Origin: the human T2T-CHM13v2.0 reference genome, Homo sapiens
Reading direction: 5' to 3' (one strand)
Length of the DNA: 64,000 bases
Assembly (NCBI RefSeq): GCF_009914755.1
Contig: NC_060938.1
Shown: positions 47,980-64,000 of the stretch, piece after piece
Position numbering within the stretch: the first letter of the stretch is position 1
How the letters are laid out: each line of letters begins with the position of its first letter
Position numbers and translations under genes: made by a program
Notes under the pieces: generated by a model
Told to the model about the DNA's origin: nothing
The model's database searches: none
Seen by the model: the letters and a program-made list of their open reading frames with translations, nothing else

Positions 47980-50900
47980 TATTTCTTTGTATTTAATATG
48001 TGTTCATTTATTGGTCATAGCAATCCTATGAGGTAGGTATTATAACACATACTATACAATAAAGAGGTTAAGTTCCTTGTACAGTGTTGAACAATCAATG
48101 AGTGTTTGAGGACACCACCAAAGTAGTATAACTGATACCAAGACATGTTGTTTACCCTTAGGAGCTATTTCTATCTAAAAGCGTTAAAGGTGTTTTGCTC
48201 AAATAACTAAATTTAAGGTAGTTTGAAATAAGTAGCATAAGTGTAGTGCTACCAAGATGTAGTGGATATTCAGAGGGAAGATTATTTTGGAGACCACGGA
48301 AAGGCTTTAGGTGATGGTTTCTAAATGGAGGCTTTTAGAATCAATAAGATTTCATCAAGTTGGCTTATGAGGATGTAGGAGATGAACTATTTCAGAAGGT
48401 ACTCATTTTTTACATCAAATACGTTCAATGATTCTAGTCTTTTGGGAATAGGAAAGTGATGGTGAAGGGGCAACCTCTTTAGTTTTCAGTTTTCGGGATT
48501 CATATACTCACTCTATGACCATTTTTTCCAGTACTATTTAAAAATTTATTCTGCCTTTGTAATACTGGGAACTAAAGCATAGCACCATTAATTGGAAGTC
48601 TTAAAGATGAACAAGGCAATGTTTTAATGTAAATGTATGATTTTCTTATTATGGAAGAAGAAAAACCAATAATAGATTGACATTTGTGCAATAGGACTGC
48701 AAATAGTGGGTGTTTTGTGGGAGAAAAAATTGTTTCCCAATTTTTTGGGAAAAATTCAAGTAAATATTAAAAATTGCTGAAATACAAAGATTTTCCCCCA
48801 TATACAATACTTTTGTAATATACTCATCATGTTTTTCAATGCATCTCATTAGCCATACCTCTTAACTGCATTGTAAAAACCAAAAAATTAAGAGGGAATA
48901 TTTTAAACCAAATATTCTAACTTCAATAGGCATCATAGTGATTATCATTTCAGATTTGGTGTCCTTGTAACTGGGCTGATTTATCATAGGTGGTGGATGT
49001 GTAAACTTACCTGTGTATGATCTTGTTGAGGGCAAGAATTGTGGCTTTTCATTTTTTGCGTTTCTGATAACCAGCAAAGTTCCTATCACATAGAAAGCCC
49101 TCAGGAAATGTTACTGCCTACCTAAATGAATACTCCAAAACCCTTTATGACTAATAATTTCTATGTAAATATTGTAGATTGTGTTGATCAGTGTTCTTCC
49201 ATTCTATGTATTAATGTTTTATTTTCAGTGCAACACTGTGAGAGTGATCAAAGTGCAAAAATCCTGTCCTTATATTTAGCTTTATAATCAGAAAACACCA
49301 TACTAATCCATAATTTTTTTTCACACCATTGGCCTGCTTTTCTTTTTATTGTTAGTTTTGTTTTTATTGTCAGAGAATGTTAGGTAATTTCCCAGCATAA
49401 CTTTCTCAAGAATATATTTCCTCATTACTGCAGTGAATAACTCAGTGATGTGAAATTAGAAGATAACCTATTCTGTTTCAGCACCAGTGCTTTGACACAT
49501 ATAACTTGAAATGTGAATACGAATTTTGTTTTTTCATGTTAAAGGATTCAATTTTTCATCAGTTACTTAGATCTTCATAAAATCTGAAGTTAGGAAGGAA
49601 CTTTACTAATTATTAAGTCCTATTCCATTTTAATGCCTGCAATAGTAAATGTTTATTTATGATAAAACTCTGATTAGGTAGTAGGGAAAATTCAAGGTCA
49701 AAAGTACAAATTTCTACCAAACTAAAGAAAGAATATGTTAATATGACTTGCAAGCTTGGATTCATATATATTAAGGAGGGGGGTGGAAGATGACAGTTTT
49801 AAGAATCACATAGTGTTCAACAAAAAGCCAATAAAAAGTCCTCTCTGTGCCAAGAGTTATTGAACATTTTGAAATAAGAGTTATAAATTAATTCATATAT
49901 TTCAATATTATCAACATTTGCTCTTGGTCAAGTTCCCCTCCTCTCCCAAGAAGAGATTGTTTTTTGATCCAGTGTTCAATTTTGGTTCTCTCCGTTAAAC
50001 ATATCAAGCTTACAAGACTAAGATAGGTGTCACTGAGAATGTATTTTATTAAAAACAATTGAAAAAATTGTATTCTTAAACATGGGATCATATTTGGAGT
50101 CTTGGTGTCTATGAAATCCTCCTGGTACAAAATTTATATATGGATAAAAACTAAAACAGTAGGATTTTGAAATCTTTTAACTTTTAGATTACAAAAAGAA
50201 TATGGGAAATACAGAAACACACAAGAAGCAAGTTTTAAAATCCCTGTAATCCCTCTATCCAGAAATAGTAATATTTTGATGTATACATTTTCAGGGTTTT
50301 TTTGTGTGTGTGTGGTGTATGCACACACATCTATACTATTTTACAAACTTTGAATCATACCGTACGAACACTTTTGTTCCTTGCTTTTTTCAACTTTGTG
50401 AACATTTTCCTATGCCACCAAAAATTTAGTTCAAAGTCATTTAAAATGGTTATATAATTTTCCACTGAATGCCTGTATCATAAGTGATCTTCAGCAGTAG
50501 GACATTAGATATATAGATATATCCAGTTTTCAATTATGAACTGTTATGCTAAGTATTTTTATGTAGCTTTTTATACACAATTCCTATTTTTGTATGGTGA
50601 AGGGAATGGGATTTTAATTCTTATATTGAATGTACCTTGCAACTATACTTCTGTTTTATCTTAGATATTATCAAATGATATATTTAAATATTTATCTTGG
50701 TAAATAAATACTTGATAAGTTAGGTCACTTTTGTCACAAACAAAATTTTTAATTTTTTATTCTATTTCTACATAGGTCAGTTGTAGTTGTAATGAAGGAA
50801 TCATAATTCCTCAAATCTAAAAATTAGAAAGATGGAAACTGATATTTCTTCACATTTAATAGTTTGATTATACATCTTATGATTAATGTTAGTATTATCT

Positions 50901-51687
50901 GAGACAAATATTTCACTGTCCTTTATGTAAAGTTCTTTATGTACATTGTCCACTATGACAAAATATGTCTCTTAATTTAGGTCTTGGGGAATGAACACTT
51001 GTTTTTAATATTAGCCTATCAGAGTAAGCACTTTAATTGGATTAGCTCATTTAATTCTCATAACATTGCATGAACTATAGGTAGCATTTTATCCTATTTT
51101 ATACATGAGGAATTCTGACTCATAGAGTCCTCATGTGTCATAGAGTCCTTTGTAGAGCTGCAAAGTATAGGCAGTAATATAGGTGGTAGTATCATGATTG
51201 ATTTGTAGGAACTCTGTTACTGGCACCTGCATTTGTAAACATCTACAGCAGGAATGTATGCCATTTAATGCTTTTGTTTTTTTTCTTCTACTCTAATTGA
51301 AGATTATTTTCCAAAGTTATTCTCTTAACAAAAATTGAAAAATATACTATATAGAATATGTATATAGATATTTGTATGCATATGTATGTGTACGCATTCG
51401 GGTATGAATAGAAATCCACAAACCTAACTGAATAGTTGCTTTGCAGACACTTGGTTATGAAACACTATCCACTGACCGAAATATTTTTTCTGGCTATAAT
51501 TTTGGAGTATAATTAAAATATAAACTTGTAAGTTCCTCTTTTTAAAAAGATACTTTAGAAAAACAGATTTTACTCTTTTCATTAGAAAAATATTCCAATA
51601 TGTAACAGTATATATACTCAGAAATGCATATGTCTGATTTAAAATGATTTATTCTTTAGTTTTAAGCCTATGTATATATTTTAAAAA

Positions 51688-54600
51688 TAATTTCTTATTT
51701 TAGGTTCGGGGGTACATGTACAGATTTGTTACATGGGTATATTGCATGATGCTGAGGTTTGGGATATAGATGATCCTGTCACCCAGGTACTGAGCATAAT
51801 ATCTGATAGGTAGTTTTTCAGCCCATTTCCCCCTCCCTCCCCCCTCCCTCCTTTAGACAACTCTAAATGTCTATTGTTCTCATCTTTCTGTCCATATGTA
51901 TTCCGTTATTTAGGTCACGCTTACAAGTGAGAACATACAGTATTTGGTTTTCTGTTCCTGTGTTAATTAGGATAATGGCCTCCAGCCACATCCATGTTGC
52001 TGCAAAGGACACATTTCAGTCTTTTTATGGCTGCGTAGTATTCCATGGTGTATATGTGCCACATTTGCTTTATCGACTCTACCATCGATGGGCACCTAGG
52101 TTGATTCCATATCTTTGCGATCGTGAATAGTGATGCAGTGAACATATCGGTGCATATGTCTTTTTTTAGGATAATTTATTTGCCTTTGGGTATATACCCA
52201 GTAATGGGATGGCTGGGTCAAACAGTAGTCCTGTTGTAAGTTTTTGAGACATCTCTCAACTGCTTTCCACAGTGGCTGAACTAACTTGCATTCCCACCAA
52301 GAGTGTATATGTGTTCCCTTTTCTCCCCAGGCTTGTCAGCATTTATTATTTTTTGACTTTTTAATAATCACCATTCTGACTGGTGTAAGATGGTATATTG
52401 TTGTAGTTTTGATTTGCATTTCTCTGATGATTAGTGATGATGAACATTTTTCATTTATTTCTTGGCCACTTACAATGTCTTCTTTTGATAAGTGTCTATA
52501 TCCTTTGCCGATTTTTTTTTTTTTTTTTTTTGAGACGGAGTCTCACTCTGTCGCCCAGACTGGAGTGCAGTGGCAGGATCTCAGCTTACTGCAATCTCTG
52601 CCCCCCAGGTTAACACCATTTTCCTGCCTCAGCCTCCCGAGTAGCTGGGAGTATAGGTGCCTGCCACCAAGCCCGGCTAATTTTTTCTATTTTGTTTAGT
52701 AGAGACGGGGTTTCACTGTGTTAGCCAGGATGGTCTCGATCTCCTGACCTCTTGATCTGCCCGCCTCGGCCTCCCAAAGTGCTGGGATTACAGGTGTGAG
52801 CCACCGCACCTGGCCCCATTTTTTAAAGGAGTTATTTGTTTTTTGCTTGTTGATTTAAGTTTCTTATAGATTCTGGATATTAGACCTTTGTCAGATGCAT
52901 AGTTTGTGAATATTTTCTCCCATTCTCTAGGCTGTTTACTGTTGATAATTTATTTTTCTGTGCAGAGCTATTTAGTTTAATTAGGTCCCACTTGTCAATT
53001 TTCATTTTTGTTGCAATTGCTTTTGGGGACTTAGTCATAAATTCTTTGCCAAACCTGATGTCAAGAAGTGCATTTCCTAGGTTTTCTTGTAGGATTTTTG
53101 TAGTTTGAGGTCTTATCTTTACATCTTTAATCCATCTTGGGTTAATTTTTGTATGCGGTGAAAGGTAGAGACTAGCTTCATTCTTCTGCATGTGGCTAGA
53201 CAGTTATCCCAGCACCATTTATTGAACAGGGAGTCCTTTCCTCATTGCTTCCTTTTGTTGACTTTGTTGAAAATCAGATGGTTATGGGTGTATGGCTTTA
53301 TTTCTGGGTTCTTTGTTCTGTTCCATTGGTCTATGTGTCTGTTTTTGTACCAGTCCCGTGCTATTTTGGTTACTATAGCCTTATAGTATAGTTTGAAGTC
53401 AGGTAGTGTTCTTTTTGCTTAGTATTGCCTTGGCGATTTGGGATCTGCTTTTGTTCCATGTGAATATTAGAATAGGCTTTTCTAATTTTGCAAAAAATGA
53501 TGTTGGTAGTTTGATAGAAATAGCATTGAATTTATAAATTGCTTTGACCAGTATGGCCATTTTAACAATATTGATTCTTCCAATTCATGGGCATGGAATA
53601 TATTTCCATTTATTTGTCTTGTCTCTCATTTATTTCAGCAGTGTTTTGTAGTTCTTGTAGAGATCTTTCACCTCTTTGGTTAGATGTATGCATAGGTTTT
53701 TGCTATTGGAAATTGGTGTGTGTTCTTGATTTGGCTCTCAGGTAGAATGTTTTTGGTGTATAGAAGTGCTATTGATTTTTGTACATTGATTTTGTATCCT
53801 TATTTATCAGTTCCAGGAGCCTTTTGGCAGCATCTTTAATGTTTTCTAGGTATGGAATCATATCATCACTGAAGAGAGGTAATATGACTTCCTTTCCTAT
53901 TTGAATGTATTTTATTTCTTTCTTTTGTCTGATTATTCTGACTAGCACTTTCAGTACTATGTTGAATAGGAGTGTTGAGAGTGGGCAGCCTTGTCTCATT
54001 CTAGTTCTCAAGGAGAATGACTCCGGCTTTTGCCCATTCAGTATGATGTTGGCTGTGGGTTTTTCATTGTGAGAATGAATAATAAGAATGAATAAGGTTT
54101 TTCATTCTTATTATTGTGAGGTATGTTCCTTCGAAGCCTTGTTTGTTGAGGGTTTTTATCATAAAGAGATGTTGGATTTTGTAGAAAGCTTTTTCTTGTC
54201 TATTGAGATGATCATATGCTTTTTGTTTTTGATTCTGTTTATGTGGTGAATCACATTTATTGATGTGCATATGTTGAACCAACCCTGCATCCAAGAATAC
54301 AGCCTACTCGATCATGGTGAATTAACTTTTTAATGTGCTGCTGGATTCATTTCGCTAGTTTTTTTTTGTATTTTTGTGTTTTTTTTTGTTTTTTTAGGGT
54401 TTTGTGTTTGTGTTCATTTGGGATATTGGCCTGAAGTTTTCTTTTTTGTTGTGTCTTTGCCAGATTTTGGTATCAGGATAATTCTGGCCTTGTAGAATGA
54501 GTTAGGGAGCAGGGGGAGTCCCTCCTCCTCAATTTTTTTGAATATTTTCAGTAGGATTGGTGCCAGTTCTTATTTGTATGCCTGGTAGAATTCAGTGTGA

Positions 54601-57540
54601 ATCCTTCTAGTCCATGGCTTTTTTTTTGTTGGTAGGTTTTTAATTACTGACTCAAATTTGGAACTTGTTATTGGTCTTTTCAGGTTTTCACTTTCTTCCT
54701 GGTTCAATCTTTGGAGGTTGTGTGTTCCCATAAATTTATTTCCTCTAGATTTCTTATTTGTGTTCATAGAGATGTTCATAATAGTCTCTGAGGATGTTTT
54801 GTATTTCTGTGGGATCAGTTGTAATGTCATCTTTGTCATTTCTGTTTGTGCTTATTTGGATCTTCCCTTTTTCTCCTTTGTTAATCTAATGAGAAGTCTG
54901 TCAATCTTTTTTATTCTTCCGATAAACCTACTCTTCTTTCCATTGATCTTTTGTATGGATTTTTGTGTCTTAATTTAATTCAGTTCTGATCTTAATTATT
55001 TCTTTTCTTTTATTAGCTTTGTGGTTTTTTTTTTTTTTTCTAGTTCCTCTAGGTACAAAGTTAGATTGTTAATTTGAGATCTTTCTAATTTTTGATGAAT
55101 GCATTTGGCACCGTAAACTTTCCTCTTAACATGCTGTAGTTCCATCCCAAAGATTTTGTTAATATGTGGTTCTGTTTTTGTGAATTTCGAATAGTTTTTT
55201 GGTTTCTGCCTTCATTTCATTATTTCCCCAAAACTTATTCAAGAGCAAATTCCTTCCTTTTCATGTATATGTGTAGCTTTGAGAGATCTTCTTGGTGTTG
55301 GTTTTTGTTTTTATTGCACTGTGATGTGAGAACGTGCTTAATATGATTTTGATTTTTTTGAATTTATTGAGACTTGCTTTATGACCAAAACATTTGGTTG
55401 ATCTTAGAATATGTTTCTTATGCAGATGAGAGAAATGTATATTATGTGATTTTGGGTGGACTATTCTATAGATGTCTATTAGGTCCCATTGGTGGACTGT
55501 CAAGATTAAGTCTGGAATTTCTTTGTTAGTTTTCTTCCTCAGTGATCTGTCTAATCCTGTCACTGGGGAGTTGACATCTCCCAGTATTATTATGTGGCTA
55601 TTGAGGTCTTTTTCTAGGTCAAAAAGGACTTGTTTTATGAATCTGGATGCTCCAATGTTGGGTGTGTATAGACTTAAGGTAGTTAAGTCTTCTTGTTGAA
55701 TGGAACCCTTTGCCACTATGTAATACCCTTGTTTGCCCTTCTTAATTGTTTTCAGTTTAAAGTCTGCCTTATCTGATATTAGAATTGCAACTCCTGCTCT
55801 TTATTGTTTTCCATTTGTATGGCAGTTCTTTTTCCCTTTAATTTTGAGGCTTTCGGTATTGTTACATGTGAGATGCATCTTCTTGAAGACAGCAGACAGT
55901 TGGATCTTGTCTTTTTGTCCAGCTTGCCATCCTATGCCTTTTAAGTGGGTCTTTATTCCATTCACATTCTGGGTTGGCATTGATATGTGAAGTTTTGATA
56001 CAGAAATTGTGTTTTTAGCTGGTTGTTTTGTAGAGTTGTTTGCATAGCTGCTTTATAGTGTCTATGGGCTATATGCTTAATTGTGTTTTTGTGGTATCAG
56101 ATACTGTTCTTTTACTTTCATGTTTAGCACTCCCTTATGGACTTTTTATAAGGCTGGTCTAGTGGTTACAAATTCTTAGCATTTGAAGCTTACTTTGGTG
56201 GGATATGAAATTCTTCATTGGAATTTATTCTTTTTAAGGCTACTGAAAATTGGTTTCCGATCTCTTCTGGCTTGTAAGTTTCTGCTGAGTAGCCCGCTAC
56301 TATCCTGATGGGGTTTCCTTTATAAGTGACCTGACTCATCTCTCTAGCTGCCTTTAAGATTTTTTCTTTAACATCGGCCTTGGTGAATCTGATGTCTGTG
56401 TGTCTTGGGGATGGTCATCTTGTATAAAACTCACAAGAGTTTTCTGTATTTCTTGAATTTGCATGTTGATATCTCTAGTGAGATTGGGGTATTTTTCATA
56501 AACTGTATCTTCAAATATGTTTTCAAAGTTGTTTTCTCTCTCAGGAATGCCAATGAATCCTAGGTTTGGTCTCTATATAATCCCATATTTTTCAGAAATT
56601 TTTTTCATTTTTAAAATATTCTTTTTTCCTTATTTTTGTCTAAGTTGAATTGAAAGAACTAAACTGGTCTTCAAGCTCTGAGCTTCTTTTCTCAGCTTAG
56701 TCTATTCTGCTGTAAATGCTTCTGATTGTACTATGAAGTTCTTGTAGTGAATTTTTCAATTTTAGAAGTTCAGTTCGGTTCTTTTTAAAAATGGCTATTT
56801 TGTCTTTCAGCTCTTGGATAGTTCTACTGGATTCCTTTGATTCCTTGAATTGGTTTCACCTTTCTCGTAAAGCCATTGAACTTCCTTGTTATCTAGATTC
56901 TGAATTGTCTGTCATTTCAGTCATTTCAATCTGGTTAAGATCTATTGCTGGGGAGCTTCTGCACTCTTTTGGAAAGAAGAGGACAGTGACTTTTTGAATT
57001 GTTAGAGTTCTTTTGCTGATTCTTTTTCATCTGAGTGGGCTGGTGTTCCTTTAACTGTGGTATAAGTTGAGTATACTCAATTGGCTTCTTTTCTAAGTGT
57101 TTTCAGAGGGCCAAGACTCTGTACAGGATTTTTATTTGTGAGTAGATTCTTTCCCTGGGTTTCACAGATGATGTATATTGGCAGAATATTTTTGGTGTTG
57201 TAATTTGGTCTGTCAACCAGTAGATGGTGCTTAAGTATAATGGCCGATAGATAGGCTTTGGCTCTGACTTGTCGCTCTTTTGTATTTCAGCAAGTTTAGA
57301 GCACCGCTGTCTTCCCTAGGAGCCATTCAGTGGCAGGAACTAGCCCTCACATTCGGAAACCCCACACAGGTTTCCCAGTTTCCTCTCTCTTCACCCTCAG
57401 TGTCTATGTTGCCTTTGAACTCTTGGTGTTTCCTCTCTGAAGATTTGTTCAAAGTATGTTTGTTTACTTGATATTTTGGTCTCTCTTGGTGGCATAGGCA
57501 CTTCCTGGCTGTGTCTAGTCAGCCATCTTGTCTTCTGTGC
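51688..57540 (-). mobile_element. Near full-length old primate L1 (L1PA15/16-like), degenerate
   Basis: 3'UTR ttacatgggtatattgcatgatgctgaggtttggg, ORF2 fragments 51963-55716, ORF1 region, and a 5' terminus with a YY1-like AAGATGGC on the minus strand at ~57522-57529. Confidence 0.88.
52512..52815 (-). mobile_element. Alu SINE (AluY-like)
   Basis: Diagnostics caccatt and gtgttagccaggatggtctcgatctcc. Confidence 0.93.
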
Positions 57541-57607
57541 CCTCTCAAATCCTTCTTCAAGCCAGTATTTTTGTTATTGCCATTGAAATAGACAATAATT
57601 GTCCTAA

Positions 57608-58058
57608 TGTTAAGGAAAAATTTATTCAGTGATACTTGTTAAAGTACATTAAGGAAGACTTTATTTAGGGTCATTGCGATAGATGTAAGGACCACTGACA
57701 TGGGATTTTACAGTGAGGGAGAGAGACTCACAATACAACATGGGCAAGTGGGAATTTATAGCCAATGAGAAGGGATGGAGAGTTAGTAGATAGAAAATTA
57801 CTAAAAGGAAATATCAGACTTAAAAGGTGATTCTGGCTAAACTCACCTAGAAGGATTTTTTTCTGAAGACAGGCCAAGATAATCAGACATCTCCTGGGGA
57901 TGGTGGGGAATGAAGAATGCAATTAGATATCCAGGGTGATCAGTTATCAATGTTTTTGCTGTACTGACTTAGCAGAGTTTTTTGCTAAAACTGAATTTTA
58001 CAAGAAAGTGCACAGATGGGCCTAGGAGAAGGCTTGGTCAAGCAAATAATCTTCATCA
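57608..58058 (-). mobile_element. MER31-like ERV1 solo LTR
   Basis: tgttaaggaaaaatttattcagtgatacttgttaaag...catgggcaagtgggaatttatagccaa...catca. Confidence 0.78.
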
Positions 58059-60019
58059 GTTATAAAGCCCTTCACATAATAAAAGCGGCTTTAATAATTG
58101 TGAATTTAACCTTGCATAGAAATTTTTCAAATAAGAAACTAATATACTTCAAGAATATGCAGGGGATTTTTTACTAGTAATTTAGTTACATGTTTCCCTC
58201 TTTTTGTTCGTTAGAAGTTACATGAGGGCAGTTATGACTTCTGTTCACTAAGGTTAATTCCATTGAATACATACAAAGCATTATTTTCAAGGCCAAGGCC
58301 ATTGGTAGTGGTGGTAGGGGCTGGAACAAAGAAATTTATTAGATAAGATACCCTTAACACTGATATACGTCCATTTTGTTTTAAGAGCATTTCTGTAGAG
58401 ACAAAAAAGCATAGAAAATATACTCATTGCTATTTGGAGTACTTTGTGGTAAATCTGGAATCCTTGCTTTTGCTTTTATAGTAGTTCCATAACAAGGTTA
58501 TTTTTAAAACATCATCCAAAACTGAAATTTCAACATTAATTGGATTGGCACTTCTAGTTGTAAATCAGCACTTCCAGTCATAAATCTTGAGGAAATTGGT
58601 ATCAGACCTCATGATATTCTGTTTTCAGTAGGTTAGTTTTCTCAGCATTATTTTGTGCTAAGGAGAAGAATCTCTGTGTTTTAAACCTTTTCAAAGCTAT
58701 GTAACTTGATATTTGCTCTTTTAAAATCTTAGCCATCAAATACCAGCTCTACTGCCTGTGTCCGTGGCTTTCCATTCTCCCTATCATTGCCCTGTTAGGG
58801 CATCATTATCAGTTAGAGAGACTTGTATTGCTTCCATACTATTCTTCACTGCTAGATGAAAGTTTCTAAAGTTTAGCTCTTATCCTGTCATTACAAACTT
58901 GAATATGTAGAATAATTCCCCATTGACTAATGTGTTTTCTGTGGCCTAACATTTCTATCCTTTTTGTGTGATTTCATCCCCCATCTACTTTTTTAGTTTT
59001 ATATTCCATCGTTCTTTTTTCTTCGCCTAATACTTAAACTGTTCTCTAAATAGCCCAACACCAATATGTGTATTTATCATTTTCTTTACATTGTTTTATT
59101 TCTCTGAAATGGCCTTTCTTCAGTTTTGCATGCCTAAACTCTACCAAATGAGCCCAATTGTAATGACTTTTCCATGAAGGCCTTCAAACCAAGTTATCAC
59201 TTGTTTTTCTTTGCTTTTATTATTTTTTTTAACTTTTAAAAATGTTTTCTTCTAACTTCTTTTTAATTTTTTTGTATTTATTTATTTATTGCCCTCAAAC
59301 ATTCTCCTATCCAGTTATTGTTCTTTTATAAAGCTCATCTCTCCTTCCCTCCCACATAGTTGCTCTGCATACTTTCTACTCCTCTTATTTAATTTTTTGT
59401 TTTGGAAAATTTAGGGACTATACAAAATAAACACAATGAAGTTTATAGTATGATGTATCACCATGTACCCATCACTCAGAAACAAGTTATCGTTATGACA
59501 TTCTTGTTTCGTTTTTGCATTCCTCCACTTCTCACCATCCACTCAGTCATTGGTAATTCTTTAAGATAAAATTTACATAATTCAAATTCACAAATCTGAG
59601 CTGGACAATTACGACAATTAAGTAAACACATGAAACCCAATCCCCCTTTCAAAGTATAGATAGAATGTTTCTTTCTCTCCAGAAACTTTCTATTGCCTCT
59701 TTCCAGTCAGTCTTCCCACCCTCATAGGACGGCTTTAACTTTTCTTCACCTTTTGTTTTACCTTTCTTGTTCTTTCCATGTAAATGGAATTACACTCTGT
59801 GTAAGTCTTCTTTTGCTCAACATGTTTCTGAGATTTATCTCTTATTATTGCTTGGAACAATAGTCCATTCCATTTTATTACTTAGTACTATTCCATTCTG
59901 TGACTGTTTTATAATTTGTATATCCATTTGGTTTATGGACTTTTTGATTATTTTCAGTTTTTAGCTATTATGAGTAAAGCTGCTGTGAATATATACATGT
60001 AAGCCTTTTTGTGGATATT

Positions 60020-60660
60020 ACTGATTCTTGTTATTCACTCTAGTTATGTTCTGTAAAGTCACCGTGGACACTGAATTATTGAATACTGAACCATTGCTTC
60101 TAGGGGAAATATAGGGTTAGGTTCTTGTGATCCTCTGGTCACAACATTTTTGTGAACTGATCAACATATAATTTTGTTTTATGTGTGTTTCTGTTTAAAG
60201 GCACCTTATTTACTATATATTGTTGTTTCATTAACATTGAATTCACAGCCAACAGCACTAGAACTGATGTCTGAATAAACTTTATCTAAAATGTATTTTC
60301 TCCTTAAGGCACACCACAGCCTTCTTGCACTCAGGAATACTACACAGCACTTCAGTATTCTTCATGGCACCATTCTACACAACAAAATCACCAACAAAAT
60401 GCATCACAACTTGAAAAACATGGCAAAAAATAGATCATGAAAAGGACGCTTGTTTACAGTATGATTGCCAAAACAAGAGAGAGTATTGGTATGTTCCACA
60501 TCAGCTGAGAATGTACCTGTCTGCTGACTCAAATTTTTGCTGCTCCGTACACATCTACAAATTATTGTGAAAGAGCTTCAAGTATTGATTTTGGGGTTAC
60601 TAACAAATTTTAGTTAGGAGGTGAATTCACAAATGTGCAATCTGTGAATAATGAAGATTG
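60020..60660 (+). mobile_element. MER82-like Tigger DNA transposon
   Basis: gaatactgaaccattgcttctaggggaaatatagggttaggttc...; colinear with 47367-47979. Confidence 0.85.
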
Positions 60661-60764
60661 TATATGTTCTTATTTTTCTTGGATAGATATTAGTATTCAC
60701 AAATGTGCAATCTGTGAATAATGAAGATTGTATATGTTCTTATTTTTCTTGGATAAATATTAGT
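60625..60764 (+). repeat. 70-bp tandem duplication with 1 mismatch
   Basis: attcacaaatgtgc...gatattagt occurs twice; differs at 60686/60756. Confidence 0.96.
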
Positions 60765-61194
60765 ATAATTGATGGGTTAAATAGCATCCATACTTTATAA
60801 GATACTGCCAAGCCTTTTTCTAATTGTAGTTGCACCATTTTAAATTCTTATTATTAATGCATAAGCATTCCAGTTGTTTCATATATTCATCAACATTTGA
60901 TATTATCAGTCTTTCATTTTACTCATTGTAGCACTCATTTGATTTTTCCTTGCTGTAGTTATGTGTTTATGTCTTATCTCTCCCGGCTGGAAATTTTTTG
61001 GCGGCAGTATATAATTTGTATTTGTATTTGCCAAACTAATATTTTGGAGAGATACTATACCTTTGTTGTTATGTGCACAAACGTTGGAGCTAGAATGCCT
61101 GTGGTCAAAGCTCAACTCTCCCACTTACAAATTTTGAGGCCGTAGATAATGAAAATAACATAACAGTAAAATAACTTTTTATAACTATATTAAT

Positions 61195-61355
61195 TTGGGT
61201 CTCTCAACAAACAATTATTATTAGTAGTTTGGAAATCAAGCCTTTTTGAGGTTAGATAGCTTGTCCCAGATCAAACGAGTAAGAGGTACCAGAACAAGAT
61301 TTCAAATTCAGGTCTAACTTACTCCAAAGCCAGTGCTCTTAACTACTGCACAATA
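61195..61355 (-). mobile_element. MIR fragment
   Basis: gaggttagatagcttgtcccagatca...ttcaaattcaggtct...ctccaaagccagtgctcttaac. Confidence 0.65.
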
Positions 61356-61724
61356 CAGTATTGCCGCCTAAATCCCACTTTAAAACCTACCATATGTCAT
61401 TAAATTAATGCTCATCATCCTCTATTAAGATGTAAATGATATTGAATTAATTTAAAACTTATTCACTTATTGTAATAGATTATATACTTTTTGCTTTTCT
61501 ACATGCAAAATGATGTTATTTGATATTAATAGTAATTATATTCTTTCACTCCAAAACTTTAGCTTTTTTTTTTTTTTGCCTATTGTGATGTCTAGCACCA
61601 CCAGTTCAAATTTGAATAGAAATGATAATAGTGCATATTTTTTGTCTCGTTTCCAATTTAAAAGGGAAAGTTTTTAATATTTCATGATTAAACTTCAAGA
61701 TGTTTTATGTATTCTTTTTTATGA

Positions 61725-64000
<2,276 letters not shown>

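Larger units (their letters stand above)
59390..60960 (-). mobile_element. Old L1M (MC/ME-like) 3' region fragments, interrupted by MER82
   Basis: ttttcagtttttagctattatgagtaaagctgctgtgaatat; gtagttgcaccattttaaattc. Confidence 0.6.

Noticed and set aside
49200-49390. Possible exon ttttcag|TGCAAC...TTAG|gtaatt
   Set aside because: The body is T-rich and intron-like with a weak donor, so support is insufficient.
47367-60660. Two MER82 copies as a local duplication
   Set aside because: They are strongly diverged with unrelated flanks, consistent with independent insertions.

Overview
This is AT-rich primate (human-like) intronic or intergenic DNA dominated by interspersed repeats, with no protein-coding gene, RNA gene or CRISPR array that I can support. 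Nearly all long ORFs in the track are broken LINE-1 ORF1/ORF2 pieces or chance Alu/LTR frames. Positions ~25.1-45.4 kb form a deeply nested stack: two tandem old L1MA copies, invaded by an L1PA4-like element, a THE1 LTR itself split by an L1PA7/8-like element, and a deleted MER52-type provirus; target-site duplications (TSDs) resolve the order. The most unusual observation is that two same-strand L1s of apparently different subfamilies, 23,646 bp apart, share many non-consensus changes including the same ORF2 frameshift. This points to local ectopic gene conversion, or to an assembly artefact. Smaller items are a hairpin micro-inversion, templated-insertion repair scars, young tandem duplications, two candidate + strand cryptic exons and CTCF-like motifs. 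I see no convincing new biological system. Subfamily names come from remembered consensus sequences and need RepeatMasker/Dfam confirmation.
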